Shown here: positions 11,801 to 23,512 of the stretch, one piece after another
How the letters are laid out: every line of letters starts with the position of its first letter
How positions within the stretch are numbered: position 1 is the stretch's first letter
Source of the DNA: Bugula neritina
Lineage: Eukaryota; Animalia; Bryozoa
Direction: 5' to 3'
DNA length: 64,000 nt
NCBI GenBank assembly: GCA_964035545.1
Contig: OZ037767.1
Coordinates: 9,930,581-9,994,580 of the forward strand
The notes under the pieces: generated by a model
Seen by the model: only the letters and a program-made list of their open reading frames with translations
The model's database searches: none
Told to the model about the DNA's origin: nothing
Made by a program: the position numbers and the translations under genes

Positions 11801-14536
11801 TCACACCACAAAAAACTCATACACGGATTTATAGTCATCCTCCCTGTGAGAACCCCTGATGGAAGGGGATGTTTTAGAGGCTAAGGATTTTTTCTCTATT
11901 ATGAAAAAAAAAACAATTGTGACTGGATGCTCTTCCTAACACCGCCAATGACATCTACTGAGATTTAACCACTTACTTTATGTTTACTAAGTCAGTGTTC
12001 TAACCCCTATACTACAGCAGCTCACTATGTCTTTGCCTCAATTTAATAAATAAATGTTTTTTAAATATTCAACAGATTTATTCAATCTGTTGCAGAATGG
12101 AAAATTTTGATGGAATTTCAGCTCTTTCAACCGAGCTGAACGCCAAGAAAAAAGGATCGGGATTAAGTATATTTACCCATGAATTCTTTGATCAATCTGT
12201 AACCTGGGCTGACATTGCATGGCTAAAGTCGATTACATCACTTCCTGTAGTAGTGAAAGGTGTTCTGACAGGTACTTATCACCTTCATCAACAGTTTGAA
12301 TAATACTTTCAATACTACTGTTCATGATTATCATCAGGTTTTACTTCCCCCTCCCCCGCAGTCTAAAACTGGAGTAGCATTTGCATATTACAATAAGAAC
12401 CTGTTCTCTTAGAGTTGTGCTCTCTTAGCAAAATGCAGTAAAACTGGATTGCTCTAAATTTATATCTCATTTGTTTTCTGCATTGATTGTTGAGATTTTT
12501 TTCAGCGGTATTTCGAATAATATGCATGGAACTAATCTTTATTCATCTTTATATTTTATCAGAATTAAAAGTATTGAATTTACAGGAGTTGTGTCTATAC
12601 TAAAAAAATATTTTTTTAAATATATTTTATGCTTTGAAAGGCTAAAATTCTACCTGAGTTTAAAATCTGGTAGCACTGCTCCGCATTGGGCTAGCTTGAG
12701 CTCAACTGTTGTACTGTTATTCAAGTACAATAAGTGAAATCCAGGGTTGTCTACTTTAACTTTGACACAATTTGGAGTTATCTACTTTAAAAAATACGCA
12801 ACTCCCACTCATAGTAGACTGTGGATTCTAATGACATGTTTATTCATTTTATAAAATTGTCTGTTGATTTGATATTAATGAGGTTTGCTATTTAAATTTT
12901 GAAATTATATCTAGTTTGTTTTTGCGATATGGATATTATTAATTATTTAATACTCTATAGCTGAAGATGCAGAACAAGCTATTTCTGCCGGAGTGGCTGC
13001 AATTATAGTATCTAACCATGGAGCAAGGCAGTTGGATGGTGTATCCTCAACTGTGAGTATCTATCTTTTCATGAGGTCTATGTATACATGTATCTATACT
13101 GTACTACAGATATTAGATACCACCCGTAGATTCTGGGAACTGAAGATTGTAGTTTTATTTGTGTAAAAGTTTATATAAATGGATAAGTTCTTATTATTCT
13201 CCAGTTTTTGTGACAAGTTTATTTTACATCTAGACTAAATAGAGAACACCTATATGTCATAAATTACATTGTTGGCACAGTGATATAAGTGGATATTGAG
13301 CTAGTCTACTATGTTGAATTATTTTCAAGTTAACTAAATCTTTATTTATTGTCTATTATATAACTTTTAGATAATGGCTCTATCGGAAGTAGTTAGGCAA
13401 GTTGGTGGCAGGGTAGAGGTTTATGTTGATGGTGGAGTTCGCACTGGAACAGACATTCTAAAAGCATTAGCTCTGGGAGCAAGAGCAGTATTCTTAGGTC
13501 GTCCTGTTTTGTATGCATTGGCAGTATCAGTGAGTATATATATTATGTTACTATATTGCTACTTTGAAGTTTAAACATTTTTATTATTAAAGATATTGTA
13601 TAAATGCATCTTACATCAGAAGCATTATTGAAAAAAACTCAATAATATTTTCTCTAGATGTGTTACACTAACTTTTCTCCTGGCCTTTTAAACAAAACTG
13701 CTTTTGTTTAGTTTAATAAGGGTTTCTGTTTTGTTTACTAGAATCATAATTTCATAAAGATATTTTTCTGTACCTCTGGAAAATTATGTGAAATTCGCCC
13801 TGTAAACTTCAGGGCGAATTTCACATACACAGCTCTCATGCCATCATGTTTTGTAGGGCGAGCAAGGAGTGAGGGATATCCTAACTATGTTGGCAAAAGA
13901 ATTGAAGCTTGCCATGCAGCTATCAGGTGAGCTTGGTGTTACATTGCAAAATCTCCGAGTTTTACAAGCATGAGTCATAGAAAGTTTCATATAAAAATGG
14001 CAGCAGAATTGGATTCAGACTAATGATTTCATGAGTCCAACTCAAACCATTTAAAAGGCAGTGGTAACTTCTCACTGGTAATTTTACCATTTGATACACT
14101 CTACTTCATCGAAAAAACTATAGTAAAGTATTTTTCTCTATTTTTATTTTAGGCACATTGATTTCAACTGACATTCATTGTAGTGTAATGGAGTTTATTT
14201 TTCAATTTGAAAAATGTGTAACTTGTAATTCAAGTGTGTTGGAAGGGTTTAAGTTCATTATTATGTGAAAAAAATTCTACTTCAAAAAGCAAAGTAAATT
14301 GATATGTGATAGATTACTATCACTTGCAGTACAGGCATGTTTTTCAAGATGTAATACATTTAGATTTAGCTTATGATTTGCCAGTGCTAACTTTATTTAT
14401 CAATTTTAATGTTTTGAGTTATATATTTGTCATGCAGATTATTGGAGTATCAGTTTGGCTATTTTTAGGTCAGACGGATGTAAATGATCTATCAAAAGAC
14501 TTGGTTGTTCATGAATCACAGATTGCAAGGCTGTAA
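8862..14536 (+). CDS. HAO1: FMN-dependent (S)-2-hydroxyacid oxidase (glycolate oxidase family), peroxisomal, 9 coding exons, 371 aa
   Basis: Exons 8862-9004, 9356-9507, 10176-10290, 11089-11229, 12096-12271, 12961-13052, 13371-13529, 13857-13926, 14469-14536 (1116 nt, open frame). Motifs: [61 protein letters not shown] (catalytic His), [19 protein letters not shown]-terminal ARL is a PTS1 signal. Confidence 0.95.
9207..9316 (+). repeat. tRNA-like interspersed element (pseudo-tRNA or SINE head) in HAO1 intron 1
   Basis: A box TAGTGTAATGG and B box GGTTCGATCC. The D arm resembles tRNA-Gln; T and anticodon stems are mismatched. Homologous to 29660-29767 (minus). Confidence 0.65.
9973..10112. 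repeat. (CA)n/(CG) microsatellite
   Basis: CACACACA/CGCACA runs about 65 nt upstream of the HAO1 exon 3 acceptor. Confidence 0.85.
10370..10579 (+). mobile_element. Tc1/mariner-type MITE (family A), about 210 bp, in HAO1 intron 3
   Basis: TIRs CAGTGCTCCCTC ... GAGGGAGTACTG, preceded by TA. The body matches the reverse complement of 56909-57110. Confidence 0.8.
11829..12023 (-). mobile_element. tRNA-derived SINE (family S), about 195 bp
   Basis: Shares CCCTGTGAGAACCCCTGATGGAA, GACTGGATGCTCTTCCTAAC and TGTTTACTAAG..AACCCCTA with five other copies. Confidence 0.8.
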
Positions 14537-15216
14537 TAAAATAAAGACACAATCAAATTAACAAGCTTTTACAGCAAAATAAAATACTGAATATCATTCA
14601 TGCCATGGCATGCTGTAGCCATGCTAAATATAATTTTATTGCTCGCATAATGATTATTTTGTTAGGTAAATTTTGTATACAGCTGGGTGCTAATTGTTTT
14701 CACTTTTTCCATTTTATTATTTGTAATCATTATGCAAAGTGTAGTGACATTCGTAAATTTAAACGTTAATGAAAGGACAAGTAATAATAAAATTGAAATA
14801 ATTTCATAATTTTTTAACATTTGTGTACTAATAAAAATAACTGGCCAGTAATCTTTCAGACTATCAATATTTTTCAATTAAATTTATTTACATCAATAAT
14901 ATACCTACAATAAAATACAACATTACAATCATATGCATATTGTTCAATTTTTACACAATACATAGAATTGATCATACAAAACATTTGAATCTAGGCAGCC
15001 TCTGGTAATTAGTGACAATGAAAAGAGTCTAAGCAAGTCACTTACTCTGTATTTGGTAAAATTATAATTCATTATATTGATAGGGCACCATCAATTATAT
15101 TTATAAACAATATACTGTATATATACATGATGAGCGAATAAAAGCAATTTATACAATAAATAACAATGTGTCCCAATACAAAGGTACACCCATTGCAATA
15201 GCTAATTTACTTGTGA

Positions 15217-18200
15217 TCAACTGTTGGATATGGTAGGTGAAGGTCTAGCAGCTACTATCACTGCTCGGTCTATCTTCTTGCTATCCATATGAAAGGCCGG
15301 GGTTACCCACCTCCCACAGCTACATCTTTCACCTGCAACACAATTTAGCCTAAAAGTTGACAAAACTATATCTGTATAACCATTGTTTTTAGTTACCTAG
15401 CTGAAGGGCAGGGAGTATGAGAGATGAAACAAGATTAGTAGATTACAGCTTTACATTGTAACCATTTTATCAAAAACAGGTTGAAAACATTTACAAAATT
15501 AACTTATAAGGAAAATGATTTATACAGAGACAACACAAGATTGAGGGTCTGTGTGAACAATCTCTGCCGTCATAAATACCAATGACTTCTAGCTGTACTG
15601 AACACAAAAAAACTTTCATTAAAAATTTCTATTCATCTACATTTAGCCTTACTCTCATGAATATCCCAGTAACCCATCAAAACCCCGTGGCCTATATACT
15701 CCAGTCAATGATTAGAAACAAGTGATAAAATAACACTTCACAGTTTTGTGACTAAATAACTAGACATTTATTAATTAGCCACTAATGCATGTTATTCATT
15801 TATTGGGATTGTACAGATATAACTGTTTTAACTCATATTTGAGGACCAAAGAGAATTGACTATATGCAAGTTACTTTGATGAGTTTTCATCAACTTTTGA
15901 GAAAAAAGAGTTTAATTCAATTTTTTGATAGAAACTTTTAGCTCTGAATTTAGTCACTCATTCAGGCTGATAGCTTAGACTACATGCTAAGCACCATTTC
16001 CCCATGTTGATTATCCCCATCTAGCTAAGAATATTCATGCAAAATGGTGGCTTACCGACACAGGTTTGTTTTCATATATCTTATAATTTTTAGACAGTCG
16101 ACTAGCAGTAATTTCATTTATTTCAATTTTAACTATAAATAAAATGTAAAAGGGTAGCAGGTATAGAAATTGTAGAAAAGGAAAGTAAATATTTATGATT
16201 CATTAAAATGATGATCAAATGAAAATGAGACAAAAAAAATAATGAAAACTTTGTGCTCAAGAACAAAAGAGAACACCCAAACTGCCATACAACGTGACTG
16301 AAGAAAAGACGTAGAAAATAAATTTCTAATTACCTGCCCAACTCCAAGATCCGATTTTAGCAGAACACTTGACACAGTTTATCTAGAAAATCAAGAGAGT
16401 AAAATTTACTGCAAGACAAAGAAAACTCAGCCAAAATGCACTTCTATAGATTTTAAATCTTCAATAGCACAACTACAAACACTGTTAAAGTCGATGTTGG
16501 ATCTCTTCACACTCAATAGAAATTGTGCTCAGCTAAAATGAGCAAATTTCCAACATTTTCAAGAACAAAAAAAGGTTTTTGTGACTGTTTATTCGTTCAA
16601 TCTTCTTTGCAAATAGGACTACAGCTAAGATACCAACAATTTAGTGTTTATCCATTCCAAGTTTAGTGCATTTTCTATTTTACATGCTGAGCACAGTAAC
16701 AAAACATTGAGGAAAAAAGAATGCTTAAAAATTAATTCACCTTTCCGGTAAGTTCATGCAACTCTAGTCGTTCCATCCATTTCATTGGTTCAATAAATAT
16801 TGAAGATTTGCATTGGCTTTCGAGTGTTGCTACCTGTTTGTCCCATGGCTTACTGAACGCTGACTGCCCTATGCCTCTATCATGGGGTATCAAGTTACCT
16901 TCTGTGAATAATAATTTTCTACAAAGTAAAATATCAGGTTTATTAAAGCATAAAATGTCATCATTTCAAGAAAATAGTAGGGACTTAATGTAGAATTAAT
17001 TATGTGCCCAATTGAAGGTAAATGTTTGATTTTTGAGAAAAGCAATCCGAATATCAAAAGGTGCTAAAAATTTCTCACCTGCACTTTTTACATTTGTATG
17101 AGAAGCCTGTTTCAGTACTGCTAGCCACATCCTGGAGAGAAGTCTGTACATCCTCTCTCATCACTACAATACAACAACTAGACAGTGGGACTGTTACCAT
17201 TAATCTTTGCAGTTTCTCTAAATCTAAAGTAATAATTATTTTTGTTCTTATATAAATATAATCTCAGAATACATAGCAAGAAAATCTAGCCTAATTATGT
17301 CAACAATGATAAGCAAAAGAGAATTGCTATAAATACCAAATTTGTATTAACATTCAAAAACAATATTTTTAGTAAGAGTTTGTCTGCTTCACACAACTTT
17401 CGTTTTGTTGATAGTACACACCTTGATACAATATCCAATTCAGTAGCTATTGTTCACATGCTTCATCAAAAGCACAAAATATAGATGACCTAACAGCTGC
17501 CTTTGTTGTGGTAAATAGACTAAAAATCTCAAGTTGAATAAACTAAGATTAAAATCATGAACTACATTATATTTATTTGCAAAAATAATTTCATTAGTAT
17601 AAAAAGCGAATGGTCATTTTATTTAAATCGATGTACATTAGCATTTCTAATTTTATAATATATTGCAGCATTTTTCAGTAAAATACACATGAAAATATAT
17701 CTTTTCAATTATTTATGATATAAACATAGTTCTACTCTTTCTTTTCAAAAAATTCATTTCAAATTCAAGTCGAAACCTAATGAGATTTTTGTACAGTTTA
17801 CATCCAAATAACTAAAAATGAATTCTAATTAATGTCTAAATGCTCTTCTGTAAATACCCACATACCATTCCAATCTGTAGAAAATCTTGATAACTTGTAG
17901 GCAAAATTACTCATATAAAAATGTCAAAATCAATAAAGCATACAAAATGCTTTTCGTTGTATAATAATTTTTCTAACCTGTCATGAATAGACGATAGGAA
18001 TAGTTTTTTAAGCTTTTGCTTATGGCACAGTGTCATTGAAGCAGATGAATATGGAAATAATATTTAAGGACAGATTAGAAATCAGCATAACTGAAATATC
18101 ATCAGCTAAACAATTTGACAATGTTGTTAACATAATGCTGTGCTACACATACCCCACGACACAAAAATAGAAATTACCTAGTAATTGAGAAATAGAAGCC

Positions 18201-19960
18201 ATACTTGGCTAGTGTTTATGATACTCCTACTACTGTATTGGTAAGCAACGGTATCTAATGACCAAACAACCTTAAATCTATTTATCCCAAAAATATTTTC
18301 TCCATCTGCACTTTGCAGCAATGGACACCAAAGCACATTTATTTAAATTTTATAAAATTTGAAGCTGCACAATATTTAGTAAACAAAATCTTCTATTGTT
18401 CTTCTACTACAACAAACCAGCATGTTAATGTACAAATAAAATATGACGACGACATGTTTAAGTTTGTAAACTTGTTGCTAGGCAGCACTAGATTCTCACA
18501 ATAAACCAGTATGGAGGAGATTGTTGAGCTCTTACGGTCCTTTTAAGACATAGTTGTTAGTTATTATAAAATATACTAAAAATATTTATAATAAACTCAC
18601 TGTGCCCATTAGCCATCACTTGGCCTATTCTTTCCAACTGATAACGGCTGTAGGCTTTGCATTTCCGGTCTACTTGGCAGCCCATGAATTCAAATAACTT
18701 CAGCTGCTCAACAAAACCCTCATTAGGCCTATAAAACAGACAAACTTAAAATCAGTTGACGTAATCTGAAAAAAAATGAAAATATATTATGTAGTACAAG
18801 GCGCAAGTTAATCATTCACAACTATCTTGAACTAATGATCACAAGAGTGCCACAACTACTAACACTAACTAATGAGAATGACAACTAGACTTGGGTCCTG
18901 GATTTGTCTAAACTCTAAAGTAACAGAGTTACTGATTCATCCAGCCATACTAGAAGAGATATAAGAGAAAATATTAAGAGAACTTACATGATGTCAGGTT
19001 TTAGCTTTTTCAGGTACCTAAAACTGTCCTCGTAACCCATCCTAAGTTTCCACATCAAATACGCTATCACAACAGCTGCACTTCTAGACTGACCAGCGTT
19101 GCTAATGCATGAAATAAAAAGAAGAACTTTATAATGTAAAACTAAACCGTTTATTTGTATAATGATGATGAATAATTATAACAAGAAAAGTATCGATATG
19201 CGATGATGGTATTGAGTATCAATATCTGTCAATTATCATTACCATAACCATCATCATTACCATTATGATCGTCGTATTCGTTATTATTGTTGTGCTTATT
19301 ACTATTAGTATTACCATTTAAATCTATAATATTTATAGTAATAATATTTATATTAATTAAAAGCATAGTGCATACTTAATACTTATACTATAACATTTAC
19401 TGCTATTATTAGTATTATTATTTATATTATAATTAATATTATTCTTAACTGCAGTTCTGCAATAATAAATTAAACTTAGTGTTGCAAGACCATGTTATCC
19501 TTGGATTGAAAAAAAATTAATTTTAATTTTAACCCTAAGTTAAAGTTATTTACTATTTAGTTAAAGTTTAGCTATAACTTATAATTTTCAATTTCAGCTT
19601 AAGCCTTAAGGCTAAGAGTAGGCCTTGGGCTTAGAGTTATTAGTTAAACATAAACTTAAAGTTATTGTTAAACTTAATAACTTGACTCTTAAGAGTTGGT
19701 ACGAACCAGTGAACGATTGCAGTTTTGTTGATCAACCTCGATTGATCAATCCATTTTAAAGCATCTTCTAGATGTGTTATCAAGTCTTCGTTTGCCAAAT
19801 CTAATATGGGTATCTGCTTGTACAAGCAGCTTTCAAACGACAACGGTTTAACGTCTACAGTCATAATACTTTGAATATGGTGCTTTTTCAAGCACATTGC
19901 GTCACATACGTTGGATAAGTTTCCTATGCACAAGTGCTCTAAAACTGTGACTGGCTCCAT
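15217..19960 (-). CDS. DUSP12: Dual-specificity phosphatase 12 (YVH1) with C-terminal zinc-binding domain, 7 exons, 307 aa
   Basis: Exons (minus) 19960-19707, 19101-18988, 18728-18601, 17163-17079, 16918-16741, 16382-16334, 15332-15217 (924 nt). The spliced catalytic loop is VHCNAGQSRSA, followed by PNEGFVEQL. Zn domain: YKCKKCRKLLF...H...C...FIEPMKWM...NCVKCSAKIGSWSWAGERCSCGRWVTPAFH. Confidence 0.95.
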
Positions 19961-20029
19961 TCAATTGGCTTCGTTTTATAAAATTTAAAAAGGCTAAAAT
20001 TAAAAATGAAACTAGAACAGTTCCACCGT

Positions 20030-20290
20030 TTGAATTGTTGTCAAAGTATGACTCGCAAAACACACGTGCCTATGTTTTTATTTCATCGTCGCTTGTACAA
20101 TGATAGCTCCGCATTGTAAAAGCAAGAAATCGGTTTTTGAACCGTAAGGGCTAATAATTCCCAAATTGCAATAATATAAAATCCGTAGCCGTCGTAAACC
20201 ATTTCGCATAATGCACTCAATAAAACAATAACTACTGCTTTTCAACAAGATCATTTTCAATTATGACTTCAGCGGCTGCAAGTTGATATA
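20030..20290 (-). promoter_or_regulatory. Putative DUSP12 promoter
   Basis: CpG-richer segment 70-330 nt upstream of the ATG at 19960. Positional inference only. Confidence 0.35.
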
Positions 20291-20761
20291 AACTAATATT
20301 TATTATGAGTTCATGGCAATGGTTATATACTTACAGATGGCTTCTTAACTTGGCCAGATTATGTAACACCCAAGCTCAAATTATTGCAATATTACTGATA
20401 TAGTCATCACTGAATGCTACTTGTAATGATCCCAGTAACTTCAACATAGTAGCAGCTTAGAAATTACTGCATGGCCTCAACATCTGCACCAAGCTCCTAA
20501 TAGGAGATAATAAACAAAATATTGTAAGGGAGTGGACAGTAGTTAAGGTCATGCTTGACTGCAGCACTACATCTACCCAAGGATGCTTTGATTTATTTTA
20601 TGCTTAAATTACTCAAGAAACTAAAACTGATGGTCTTGTGGGAGACAAAAACATCTCATAACAGCACAAATCAAGTGCATTGGCAACCTTGGCTAGGTCA
20701 CCAGCACATGTGTTTATAGAACACACATGTAAATAAAGTATCTAATGAAGCACTCTAGATG

Positions 20762-20763
<2 letters not shown>

Positions 20764-20821
<58 letters not shown>
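20764..20821. repeat. (TA)n microsatellite
   Basis: Perfect TA run. Confidence 0.9.
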
Positions 20822-20824
<3 letters not shown>

Positions 20825-20883
20825 TTATAATTTAGTTTTGCATAATGTAATGTGCATAGTGTAATACAAATATATATCTCATT

Positions 20884-21040
20884 TAGGAGCAATAGTGGAA
20901 AAATTGAAATAGCATTAGTTCTTTAATTTTGTTTTTAAACTTTGGTTTGGGGCACGGGTTAAAATTCTCGCAAGAACATAACTTCTCATGCTACATTTCT
21001 AATATAGAACACAGACTTTTCTCAATTTCTCCGTCTACCT
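20884..21040 (+). mobile_element. MITE family B copy
   Basis: TAGGAGCAATAGTGGAAAAATTGAAATAGCATTAGTTCTTTAATTT ... AGAACACAGACTTTTCTCAATTTCTCC. Confidence 0.65.
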
Positions 21041-21703
21041 CAAATATCTTGTCCTCTACAACATAACGAGTATATAATAAAGGTATGAGACGGATAATCA
21101 GATAAATCTGCTATTATAAGCAGTTATCATTGCATATCAATAGGAGGAATAATTGTGTGTAAATTATATTTTTATTTTATTTTTATTTTATTATAATAAT
21201 ACATTGTAAACATGATTATTGCATCATATTATAATAATTATATAAAAAACGCAGGGTATTAATATATTATGTTACATAATATGTTACATAATATTTCATA
21301 TTGTACTTTAGGAGTTGTTTTCTTGTTTTATTGAGCATTTATTGCTGATGTTCAAACTTTAAGCTGTATAAACTACTTTTCAAGTTTTAACATTGTTGAC
21401 GCATAACTTTTATCAAAATATAAATATTTCATACTGTTTTAACATAGCCTGCAAGTGGCCACACTGTTTACATGAGATCGACAAAATACATAATATGCAA
21501 TTAGTTTCATTTGATGTATGTTAATAATAATCTTGATTGTTAAATTATATAAGCTTTCAATTAGTTTTGAAATAGAAGTAAAATAAATATACAGCCACAA
21601 GTCTATAATTTAATCACTCATCCATCAATTAAAATAATGAGTTTAAAAGAATTAGAAGCCTAAAATCAAGAAATATCACTAAATTGAACAAATACTGCAT
21701 GCC

Positions 21704-21885
21704 ATGCAGTAAAGAAGAAATTAAAAAAAAAGCTCCTAATTTTTAGCCGCTAGGTTAGAAATTTTAAGTTCTAACCTAGCGGCTAAAAATTAAGCAAAAG
21801 AAGTTATTTTCTCACGGAAATTTCAATTGGCACCCCATTAACCCATAATTATTGAGAAAATTGAAGAACTTAGGCTAATAAAAAC
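21704..21885 (-). mobile_element. MITE family B, degenerate copy carrying a perfect 24-bp hairpin
   Basis: AAAAGAAGTTATTTTCTCACGGAAATTTCAATT and GAAGAACTTAGGCTA match 27375-27536. Hairpin at 21737-21792. Confidence 0.55.
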
Positions 21886-23344
21886 TTGAATATCACTGAA
21901 ATTAGAATATAGTCTAAATAAAGCTTCTTAATTATAATATTCACTAGCTTGGAAAATGTACCTATTTATGCTCAAAGAGAATCAGTTCGTACCTTCAGAT
22001 ACCAAAGAGCACATGTGATTATGTAGTGAGGAAAAGCCATATATCACATAATTATAAAAATATATTATTGACTGCTTTTCTTCAGATCAACTTTATATCA
22101 CTTTTCCTATTATATATGACTTTAGCTATTTTGTTCAGTTTTGTGTTTTAAGCACCAATATAATATTCAAGCATATCATCTTCTCTTTCAACAACCTACT
22201 TCACATATAACAAATCATCTTATATAGTCTCAGTTATGATGTTTAGTGAAAAGAGCTCCACATTTATTTGAACTGACATCATGAAGCAACAAATCTGCAC
22301 ACCCTGCAAGCTTGTAGTTCTTGGTAAATGAGTATGACATTTCGCTTCATCGCAGCTATTAGCATCTCCCCGTCCATGACTTAAAGTGTAATATCTGCAT
22401 CGCTTCTATTTACTTATTAATAAACAAATCTGGCGAGCATGTTCATTAGTTCGTATCTGACAGTGCTGCCTACATCCTCTCTCTAAATGCTCACAAACGT
22501 CAATCTTCAGTTTGAAAAAGTATCTTAGTAAGTAGATATAATATTTATAATGATTTAGAAGTTTGCACTGTGCGTTAATAACTTTTGTCTTTTAGTAGAA
22601 TTTAATGCATGGTGAATAAATACTTTGTTATTGCTTTTTTTGCAAATAATATATTGGTTGGTCATGGGTTTTAGCTGTTCAATTAGTTATTAGAGTTACA
22701 CAACCTAATTCCGGTAGTAAATAATGATAGGATTATAAAATAAACTGTGATAAATTATTGACAATGTCAATGGTGATATATTGGTTGTCACAATAAGTTA
22801 GAAAAATACGCTGACAGTCATACTCAAACCTTTAGGCAACACCTACTCTGGAGTAGCCACTTATCTACTACACCACCTCATTGATTTGCTGCCGCAGGGC
22901 TGAATGCGGCTAAATCAGCTACATTTACCCTCACTGTGGTACTATAAGGCTTTAGGTATATGTGCTACAGCTTGTGTTAGTCATTGTGGACTTTAGGCAC
23001 AGGATGTCAGGTGCTATGATTTTGCCTATAATTTTATTGATTAGGTTTTGTGTAATAATCTGGGAGTCAAGCAATATAAACTTGTATTACCTGTTGTAAA
23101 CATATATTCACTAATACCTGATAACACTTGATTATAGCAACCTACGAGGGGGGATATCTTCATCATATAAATTATTAATCATTTTGTAAATATAACTGTA
23201 CTCAGAACACAAGCCTTCATATCTTTTGTTGTTATACACACAAATTTGTCAACTTTATTTTAAGATTGATAGGGTGTTGTAGTAGTCATAATAGTGCATG
23301 ACTGGTTGGAGCATGTGAATACAGTCCTGCCACATTGATACACT

Positions 23345-23512
23345 CACAGTGTCACCTACCAAGGAGCACCTGCCACTAGTGTCACAACTGTCACCTACCA
23401 AGGAGCACCGGTCACTAGTGTCACAACTGTCACCTTTACCAAGGAACACCTGCCACTAGTGTCACAACTGTCACCTACCAAGGAGCACCTACCACTATTG
23501 TCAAAACTGCCA
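23345..23512. repeat. 39-bp minisatellite, about 4 copies
   Basis: Unit CACTAGTGTCACAACTGTCACCTACCAAGGAGCACCTGC. Confidence 0.85.

Noticed and set aside
19640-19960. The ORF track shows DUSP12 with VHW at the catalytic position, suggesting a pseudophosphatase
   Set aside because: The codon is split by an intron (TG|C). The spliced sequence is VHCNAGQSRS, an intact active-site motif.
22400-22533. Candidate non-coding first exon of PKA-R (GTAAGT at 22528); similar donor-like site for coronin near 6270
   Set aside because: Donor-like hexamers alone are insufficient in AT-rich DNA; transcript evidence is needed.
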